A stretch of 64,000 nucleotides of DNA from NCBI GenBank assembly GCA_030704615.1, contig CM060731.1:90830001-90894000 (forward strand), given 5' to 3'. The DNA comes from Takakia lepidozioides. Taxonomy: Eukaryota; Plantae; Bryophyta. The stretch's first letter is position 1. Every line of letters begins with the position of its first letter. The position numbers were made by a program, and so were the translations under genes. Shown piece after piece: positions 26,791 to 36,357 of this stretch. Below the pieces are notes generated by a model. That model had not been told where the DNA came from. It worked only from the letters and a program-made list of their open reading frames with translations, and did not search any database.

Positions 26791-29700
26791 TTACTCACAT
26801 GAAAAGTCGTTGTCGACCTGCTTATCTTCGGGATCGTCATCATTTCGAATATGAATCCGATCAGTCTGTGTGCCTGAAGTGGAGCCAGACAAAAGGGGGA
26901 GGAGCACTGTGTTGTAGAGGTCAGAATCACCCTCCATACCAAAAAGGCTTCTTCCGCCTGCCTTGCATGCGTGGTAAGTTGCTCCTGCACCAGACAGGAG
27001 AACATAAACAGTTTGGAGGAGGGGATTTAAGCAGATGAAACTGTTGAAAGGAAACCAATTCGGAAGGGAGAAAACGAACCTGTGGATACAGAAAGATCGA
27101 CAACCCGTGCAGAGCGGTGGCTGCATGACTCCAGCAGTATTTGCATGAATGCTGGTGACTTTTCCTTTGCACCTCTCCAGGGAGTGCCATCTGGTCTCTT
27201 CAGAGTCTGACTGGACTGCATGAAGTTGTACAAAATGTCATCGACATGGGGCTCATAGGGGGGTTGACGAAACAACCCTGGTCAGAAATCTCAAAGCTGC
27301 GGATGGAGGATAGTGTCTTTGATGTGTGAATCCTCCGCAGGCAGATCGCCTCGAACATCCTCGTCTGCCAAAGATAGCAGGTTAGTGTGGTAAACACAAT
27401 CTAAAGTGGAAGTGTGTACATCGGCTATTCAGAACTCTGACACCAAAAAACCATGAATCGTTGATGATCGGTGTCGATCATAAAACATTCTACTAGAGTG
27501 GAGCTGCAGAGAAAATTGAAACTCATGATCAAAGCATAAGCAGAAGGCAGACGGCATACCAGCTGACCAGGGAAACCGCCTTTCACAAGGTAGAGGCTGT
27601 TCACACAATTCCATGTGCGCAAAACTTCAAACCCTGAAGACTTGAGGTATGATGCCAATGCCCGACGACTATCATTGTCACATGACTGAAAAAGCAGAAG
27701 TGTCCCTGCATCAGAGAGGAAATTGTTACAGAACCCGAATACCCAACTCCAGTAGTTGTCCTCGAATTTGTTCCACCCTGGCGTCTTGCCCTTTGGAAGA
27801 ACTTCTGGCACAGCCTGGCCATCCGGGATGTCGAGAATGACAATGTCGGCCGCATAAGTTTTCTGCACACCGCACACGAAGGTGGGACCTGTGCTCACCT
27901 GCAACAGACATGTTTTTTATAAGAACGATGGCAAGAATGTTTTCAAAGAACGAGACTGAAATACTGCCAACGAAACATTCAGAGAAAAAGGAAAGAAAAT
28001 GGAATTCTCACCAGATTGAGGAATGAGATTATATTGTCCCAGGTAGGGGATGGCACCCCAGTGTATCCTCTCTTTCGACTCTGCATCATCGAAAGCCAAC
28101 CCTCATTAACAATTTTCATCTCTCCTGCTGAATCAGAACGGGAAGGGTGTGGCTTGGCATCGAACACGCACTGAAGAGTGCGGGTATATCTTCCAGCAGT
28201 AAAGTCCTGCCCACTCTCCATCTCCTTTTCATTCTCCTTCCCCTTGTCCTTTTCCTTCTCTTTGGACTTGTCTTTGTCCTTTGGCTTTGCTGGTGAGATG
28301 GCTATGACATCAACAGCCTTGTCTTTTGGTTTGCGGCCCGCCTTCTTTCCCTTCTGCGGCGTTCCCTGAGCATCAGGCTCCTTGGCAGCCAAGGTTGCTA
28401 TGTTTCGTTGATACTCTTCGTCAGTCAAAGGCGCCAGCATCTCAGCGTTATTGTTCAAGTATTTCATATGCTGTTCTTGAAAGGTCGTGTGCTCAGGTGG
28501 GCAGTCAAGGTACCACCCACAGTCTCTGAAGTGAGAAGGACTCCAGTCCTTCAATATTCCTGCAGTATACATGGTTGGATCGTTTGCAGGGTCCGACCAC
28601 ATGTCAAGATAGTCGGGAATTCCGCTCAGGTGATTTCCTTCCATAAGCACATATTTCGTGTACCTGAAAAAATGAGATGAATCCCAACCCACAAAAGCGC
28701 TCAGTGAGTAAGATGCAAGTAGAACAGAAAGAATAAAACATGGATTGAAATGGCTCTGACAACTGCTCCAAGGACCTTTCAGGACCACACTACTGCTCCA
28801 GATATGAATGTCGTCAACGCCATTCAGAACATTCCATTCCATGACACTGTAAATACATCCTAATCCAGGTGAATGCAAATAAGCGATTAGAAATGACACA
28901 GACATAGAAGTGAATGTCGTCAACGACATTCAAGAATGACGCCAAATTATTACTGAAATGAAGCAAAATCACAGGATGGAAATAAAAAAATTGAGTAAGG
29001 AACCATCCAGGAAAACTCAATGCACATTCATAACGAACCTATCACTGAGGACCTCACAACATCACTGTATGTGAATGGCGTCAACGCCATTCACAAAAAT
29101 ACAAAAAAGAAACCAATTACTTAGCTCCCCAATCCATGAATATTGAATTTGTCGTTTTTTAATAATACAGACACAGCTGTGAATGTCGTTAACGACATTC
29201 ACTTTGGATTTCTTAAAACAGAGCTTATGAAGCCTCCATATTCATCGCAAGAGGAAAAAACAATGCAGAACAACTGAATGTCTGCATTGACATTCAGCAA
29301 AATGAAGTGATCAACCCTCATTGTATCCTCTATGGACATTACAAAAATTTAAATAACCTTGAGGACCGCACAACAACTCCGTATGTGAATGTCGTCAACG
29401 CCATTCAAGGACATTATCAATTCTAATCAGGGACAATATAATTGCACCCTTAGATCCTAACCAGGTGAATTCATATACTCGCTTAAGAATGACTCAGACA
29501 AAGAAGTGAATGTCGTCAACGACATTCAATCTGGATCTAAGATTGCAATCCATATGAAGCCACAATTTTTCCCAAAAAAACAGTAGAGTTTCAAGTATGA
29601 CATTTCACCTGTACACAACTCGCATCATGGCCCACTCTCCTCCAACCTACTGTCAAAGTCGTTGGACCGTAAAATGTTACCATCTTTGGAGAACTCCCGG

Positions 29701-32095
29701 AAAAAACAGTATCTCCAGGTGAGACCTCTCCACTTCCTTATGTATGCCTCCAATGACATTTGGGGAGGGGAAACAATCGCAATGTTCAGGTCCTTCAAAG
29801 TCTAATCCAGCACAATGACGGCGCGCTTTTCGAGCTGCAAATAGAATATTTGTCAGAATTGCAAAAAAGAAACACATCACATACTTGAAGATAAGAAACA
29901 GCATGTTCGAATACACACCTGACTCCAAAATGTAGCCTTGTGGAGCCAGTTATCAAACACCAAATCACTGATTCCTTCCACCTTTGTGCCAGGCTGTATG
30001 GTGCTCTTTGGGAACTGATTCAAGTCCTTTACTGTTTGATCTGAGTTCCATATCTCCAGCCACCTTATTTTTGTTTGTGGGTCGACCATCGATATGGCCA
30101 GCCGGTGCAATTTCTCCTGCTGCATCTCCGGATGCACATGCTTGTCATAGTGTGTTTTGATCTGCTGAAGGAACTCAGGACCAAGTCCAGGATCTACTAT
30201 TCTAAGCTGCTTTCCGAAGGCTGACATCAATTTGGTTCTTCGCATCTCAAACTCCTTCTTTATTGCAGCTTCCACACCCTTTGATGTCCTTAGTTCCTCT
30301 GGTGTAGTGCGGTAATATTCGGATTTTCCCTTCTCAGCTGCCTCTGCCAGTTCTTGCTGCATTCATTCAAGTAGTGATTAGCTCCGAAGGGACTCTAAAC
30401 ATGTATTCGAAAAGTAAACAGATTACAGACTCGGGCTTACCGCATACATGTACTCCAGAAACGCCTCTCGTGTCAAAGAATACCAAGTGCCTGCAGCTCT
30501 TCCTGTTTCGCACTTCTTGATGATATTGGGTGGTAGTACTGTCCGAAAATCATCCAGCTTCATCAGACCAATCCTCTGAATTCGGAATAGTGTGTGAACC
30601 AAGCTTGTTGTCACATGCGATTTCTCTGTCGATCTGCAAAAACATTGAAAACATTGCATTCCTTAACACTGTTTTTTGAGGATCAACAAGACACTACAGA
30701 GGGAATCAAATCTCCTGGATGACTTACTTGTTCACGTCGTGCATAGCTGTAAGAAGCCTAGCGATGTCGTTTCCTGGATCCAAAACCATTGCCTCCACAG
30801 CAACATGCTTGTCTTTGTCTTTCGAATGGTGTTTCTGAATGTATCCCATCCATGCCAGCAATCGGTGGTTGCCGTCCCAGACGTAGAACATGTGGTTGCA
30901 AAATTGCTGGGTGTTCTTTCCCATCATGAGGCCCAGCTCGAACTCCTCATTGGCATCTTTCCAGCACTCATCCCAGTTATCACTGATCTCTGGAGAAACT
31001 AATGTGCTTTTCCCATTTATATCCGTCAGGGACACATAAAAAACTTGTGCACCAAGTCTATATCCATGCACAAAATCACTCTCCAATTTTGTTATGTCAT
31101 GGGAAAGAGGTGGACGCACAACAGGCATTGATATCATCCGGCACAGAGGTATGTCCAGACGCCCTCCAGATACGAGCATGTCCCTTATAACCTCCTGAGA
31201 GTTTACCTTCTGGAATGACATGAGTTCTTTCACCTTGTCAAGGTAGTGCACTTCGGATTCATCTGCTTCATCTGTATTCTCTGAGCTTTTTGCGGACTCG
31301 TCCCCATCTCCAGATCCTTTCCCCTCTGATCCTGTAGGCTTCGACCTCACACTTTTCTGCACGATGCCATTCAGTTCTGACTAAGTCATTTGCAAATAGT
31401 GAATGGCGGTAACGACAATCACTCTGTATCAAGGAAACTCACCATGAATGGTGTGAAAGAATTCAGCACAATCTACAGATGCAAAGCCGAGACTGCCGTA
31501 TTCAAAACAAAAGTGAGAGCGATAGCGAACGGCATTAACGACAATCACAAAAGATAACAACCTGCCGGATCGGTGTTGTGAAATGACATATATGTGCAAC
31601 TGATTGGCGGCAACGACATTCAGTATAGTTTAGGGAGAAGAGTAAGTGCAGACTCTCTCTTCAAACACATAGGTACATAAATCTCATGAGCAGAATCGAA
31701 TGGCGTTAACGACGCTCGCGATTCAGTAGTTCCTGCTAAAGAATGGAAGAGGAAGGACTCCTTGAAAGGCAATCACATAGACTATATGATAAAACTTACT
31801 GGCACCTTCTTAGGTTTTGAACTTTGATCCCCTTCTGCAGCTTTCCTCTTCCCTCTCACATCTGCTGGAGTTTCTGTCTGCGCAAGGGTTTCTTGACCTT
31901 CTTCAGGTTCGGCGTTCCGCGTGCTTCCACCTTCTTCAGTGTCCCTGCGATTCATCTCTGCCTCCACAGGCTGGCGCACTCTTATCGCCGCTGTGTCGCA
32001 GCCGCTGCCTCAGTCTCCGTCTGCTCTTGTGAATCAGTCTCCGCGTTCACCTGCTGCCTTGGCCCTGTGTTCTCCAACAAACGACGCCTCGTCAT
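26791..32095 (-). CDS. Transposon-borne ParB/Srx-like domain fused to a beta-class N4C/N6A DNA-methyltransferase-like domain (~9 exons, ~1050-1100 aa, a few lesions in this copy)
   Basis: Inferred exons 32095-31800, 31356-30728, 30633-30441, 30356-29919, 29834-29609, 28663-28012, 27898-27560, 27364-27080 and 26984-26791, all with GT-AG junctions. ParB: VRPP...FYVWDGNHRLLAW. MTase: ADIVILDIPDG (motif IV-like), then EKSPAFMQILLESCS...VVDLSVSTG|ATYHACKAGGRSLFGMEGDSDLY (motifs X/I-II). Frameshifts or stops near 31985, 29800-29620 and ~27290. Confidence 0.75.
28805..29528. repeat. Intronic array of seven 22-bp palindromes
   Basis: Copies start at 28805, 28911, 29072, 29180 (perfect TGAATGTCGTTAACGACATTCA), 29275, 29386 and 29507. 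Confidence 0.92.
31400..31718. repeat. Second intronic cluster of more degenerate 22-bp palindromes
   Basis: 31400 TGAATGGCGGTAACGACAATCA, 31526 CGAACGGCATTAACGACAATCA, 31601 TGATTGGCGGCAACGACATTCA, 31697 CGAATGGCGTTAACGACGCTCG, plus a weak copy at 31445. Confidence 0.8.
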
Positions 32096-32950
32096 TTTCT
32101 CTCTTGCTCTGCGTCTCTCTCTAAGGGAAGTAAAATAAAGAGACTTTCTTCTCTTTCGTATTCTAGAAGGAACCCTCTCCAGCTTGACTACCACTCTCCC
32201 TCTAAGCGCGAAAAGTAGAAAAACGCAGTGACTCCCGATTTCTTGCGGGATAACCTGTGTTCTTGCGTGTCTCTAGAAGCATCGGATTCCCTCCCGCGTG
32301 ACCGTTACACATAGTCGTTTCGATATTAGTGCACATGCCAGCAATTGGTGTACAGCTGTTCGTATTCAGTTATGGATGTCTGACGTGTGCCGCCCAAAAC
32401 AAAACGGCGTGTTCTAAATTATAACTGGTTCAATATTTAAAAAGAACAGCGAATCCCAGAAATTGATGCGCAGTCTTAAACAAATAAATATAAATGAACG
32501 AGAGTTTGATGACAAATTTTGGAATATCATACACGGTCATCCTTGTTATCCAAACCCCACATTCGTTGCACATTTGGAACTTTCCAGGTGCGCATGATCA
32601 TTGGTAGTAGTATATAGATACATTTACTTAATCTGCAATCCCATTCTCGGATCCTGTGGCATGCTTCCAGGAAGTCGGCTTTGTTATTGGGTTTATTGAT
32701 GAGGTTCTGATTAACGGTTTAACAGTTGCCGACACTGCCCCTATGGATTCTCTGACCACTGGGCCCACAAGAAAAGTAATTAAAATGGACGGCTGCATAT
32801 CTGGAATGAATAACAGAATATGCACAGTCGTTATCTGAGCTTCCTCCGCCATATGCTCTGCTCATTCTTCAACTGTGTTCTGGAGACAGCAGTAAACCGA
32901 TTTACACTAGATCTGCGATAGCAAGGTACAAACATACTCGAGGAAGGAAG

Positions 32951-35900
32951 ATGGCTTCCTCTGAAGCGGAGTTCTTCTCAGACGACAAACCAGTGCCGTT
33001 CTCCCAGGAAGTCCTTGACAATGGATTTGCAATTGTTCTGGAACATGTCTTGGCTACCCGTTTTCAGCTGCAGAATGGCTCCATCTTTTTGGAGAAAGAG
33101 GTTTACGATCTGAAACGGAAGTTGGTGAAATATTCTTTCCAAAACCGTGATGAGACGGCTCATATCAGCCAGTGGAGAGTGCGTCCTGGTCGATACAGAG
33201 TACTTGGAGAGCCTCGGCGAAAGTCCCTTGGGTCATATGTGACGCCCGGGACTGCTGCTTCGGTCGTTGAAGACAAGAGGGAGGTGGTGGTGAAAAAAGA
33301 ACAGACGTCCTCCACTCCAATCGTTGAGCTTTCGGATTCATCCGATGATGACATAAGTGAAATTCCAAATCCAGTCCTTCCTACTGTGGTTGCAGAAGCT
33401 GATGAAGAAGAGATTTGTAGTGTCATTCCAAAATTGCGGGCGATGGGAGGAATGGCTGGATTCAAAAGCGAGTTGCGGGGAATTGATTGGGAATCTTTGA
33501 AGCAGGTGCCTGTGAAGTTCTTGCCGGAGACTTTTGATGGCGATATCCTATTCGAGCTGCCTCCTCCTCCGCGAGTTGGAGGTGTAACAATCATGATGCA
33601 TGGAATGGACAAGAAACACGACGGGCACCCGTGGTGCAGAACAAAAACATCCAATATTCAGAATGATGACAAGCTTGTTTTCAGGAGGACAGTTTGCAAT
33701 GGACACCTTAGGTGTGATAATTTGAATTGCAGACACTTTCTTCAGTCTGGAGTTCATAATCAAAGCGAATGGGAGGGTCTGGCAGAGAATCCATTTCAGC
33801 CTGGGACTGCCCCTCCACCGGCAAACACTTTCGTCTGCAAATTCTGCAAACTTGTGCCATCCTGCTTGGCGCTCTGCGGAGCAAGAATGTACTATGTTGT
33901 CCACCGTTTGAATACAATGACGAGAGCTTGTGTGCATTTTGGATTCCATAACCATCCTGTCTCGAAGGGGGATTACAGGGAGAGTGTTGAGACAGTATCG
34001 AGGTTGATCAAACAGGAGTTCGGGAGAAACCCATCCGCAACAACATCTGCAATTGCTCTTGGCGCAAGCAAGTCCTTCTTGGAAAGCCATATTTTGAGTG
34101 AAGGAGATTCTGTGGGGACTAAACTTGACGGTGCAGCATTGGACCTGGTCATGGATCATTTCTCCACTTTAAGTTCACCTAACATTCGGCATCAGATCAA
34201 TGCATTGAGAATGGGCTCTGGGATCAGAGGCTACATAGACAATATTTTGGAATTGAAACGACTGAGCAAGTACGATTACATCCAGGACAATGTATTCCCA
34301 GTCAAGGTGCCATCAAAGTTTTTCTTTTCAAAATGTCGACTGTTGGGGGAGGGCAGTGGGGTTAGCCTCGTGAAGCGGATGCAGAAGACTGGGGACTTGC
34401 AGAACTGTTTTCTTATGTTTGATCATGTGAAACGAGTGAAGGATTGGACGACAATGGCTTGTCATGTCTACGATCCAGTGTACCAACGAGTTATGACAAT
34501 TGCAGTTTGTGACATGCAATCCGAGGATACGGAATCCCAGAAGCTCATGTGGAATTCCCTGATACGTGTCATGGGCTGCCATGGGCTGCCATCTCCAAAT
34601 TTCGCAGGTTTCATGGCGGATAGTGCTCAAGCAAATTTCAATGCTATTCGTATTGTCTTCGGATCGGGCGACCCAAAAGTGCCTATGCCAGGAAGAGAGC
34701 GTACATGTCTATTCCATTGGACACAATCTCTGGAAAAACATACAAAGTCGGACATCAAACCAGAGATGCAGACTCAGCACCGTAAATTGTGCAAAGAGTA
34801 CAAAGATGCTAGAACAATGAAGGAGGCGGACACTTTGTTCCAGACAATTCGTGCCTGGTGGTTCTCTTCTGGAGCTGCATCACTTGAGAGTATGAGAGCA
34901 TTGGAAGATTGGCTGGCGTTTTGGCACTTCCGGTATAGACAGTGGGGAGCAGCCATGACAATGGTACGAGGCTTCTATTTCATGCTTTATTCATACATTT
35001 GCTTTCCATATTTTTGTTGCTTTCTTTATGTTGTTTCCTGTGCACTATTCTGAAGTGTGGTTATCCTCTTTGCAGAACATGTCCATTGAGGAAATGGCAG
35101 ACATGCCATCTTGCAATTTGGCAGCAGAAACTGTGCACAATGCATGGTTGCAGCAGTCTGGGAAAAGAGGTCGGGATTTGTATGTGGCAACAACAGATGA
35201 TTTGATACGTGCCTTGCAACAACAAACCCGATACCGTGATTTCTTACGAGGTGGGGTTGGTGGCAAGGGTCCGGACAAATCGGGAGTTGATGTTGCGTGC
35301 TGCAAACAGATCTGGGGATCCAATCAAGATAGCACGGGCGGTGAGCATGTATGCCCAGGGAACGCCACTTGTTTCTAGAGTTCCACATCTTGAAGGGGAG
35401 GAGAGATTCGGCTCCTGTAAGAGGAAATTGAACACTCCACCTGGTTCGGATTCAGATTCCACAGGGCAGACCGTGATAACTTCTCGAAGCCTCGTGTTCC
35501 CCTGCATGACAGCTCCGTGTCCGGAACCTCCATTGTGGAGGAACCTCCAACACGACGGCAAGCTCCAGCATCAAACCGTGCCACTGAAATGGTGCAGGAG
35601 AGAAACAACCCCCTTGATGTGCTTGAGTCCGCATGCCCCGACCACGTTTGGCACATAGAACGCACAAGTGTCGGGTCTCGTGTGAAATGTACAGCGATCA
35701 GGGCAACTAATTTCGAGAAGTGCACTTCATCTATATCCAGAGGTGGTGCCCGAACTCCTGCTCCGACTTTCACGGGCTTGATGCGTCCATACGGTCAACC
35801 AGAAGCCAAGAACCACAAGTTCTGGTTCTGCGCAGATGATTGTGCCAGATGTGTGCATGGAACTGTGCGTCCTTCCGTAGTGATGAAGCCATCTCCTCCA

Positions 35901-36357
35901 ACCGTTTGGCCCGTGAAGGTGGGAAACACATCTCAGCTTTCAGGAGATTGAAATGCTGGAGGAGGTAGGTTTTTCCCTTGCGAGACAACCCAACTCCATG
36001 CATGTGCTACTACTCCTGCGTCCTCCCGGTCCCCCCGGCAAATCCTGACTTGTGGCCAACCAAACGAGATGGAAAGCTCGTTCGGCGTTTCCTCCAACCG
36101 CTGAACACTTTGGCAAAGTGGAGTCCGCAAGAATGCTCCAAGCTCGTGTTGGAAGCACCACGGAAGTACCCGATCCAGGATATGGTCGGGTATTCACAAT
36201 CATCACTTCCACATCTGCTGTTCATGACAGGACCTACGACATCACGGTTTCCAATTTCCCCAATTGCACATGTCCTGATTTTGTGAATATGCTATCAACC
36301 AGTTTGGGCAAGAGAGGTAAATTCATACCCTGCAAACATTTGTATTTCATATTTTGA
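32951..36357 (+). CDS. Mutator-like transposase (GCM/WRKY-like Zn DNA-binding domain, DDE core, SWIM), frameshifted in this copy
   Basis: CNGHLRCDNLNC...CKFC...C...HFGFHNHP; FDHVKRV (D), GFMADSAQAN (D), CLFHW (CxxH), SCNLA.E (E), NCTCPDF..CKHL (SWIM). Intron 34964-35075. Several 1-bp indels and a ~200-bp 3' deletion. Confidence 0.82.

Noticed and set aside
28805-29528. Palindromic repeats with unique-looking spacers as a CRISPR array
   Set aside because: Spacers are 73-139 bp, uneven and partly homologous to each other. There are no cas genes and the context is a eukaryotic intron.
26791-32095. Bacterial contamination explaining the ParB/MTase gene
   Set aside because: The gene has spliceosomal GT-AG introns and lies inside a TSD-flanked eukaryotic transposon among plant genes.
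32628-32852. Small minus-strand ORF between the two transposon genes as a third gene
   Set aside because: The homologous region in copy 2 (8624-8840) lacks the start codon and shifts frame. No recognisable motif.
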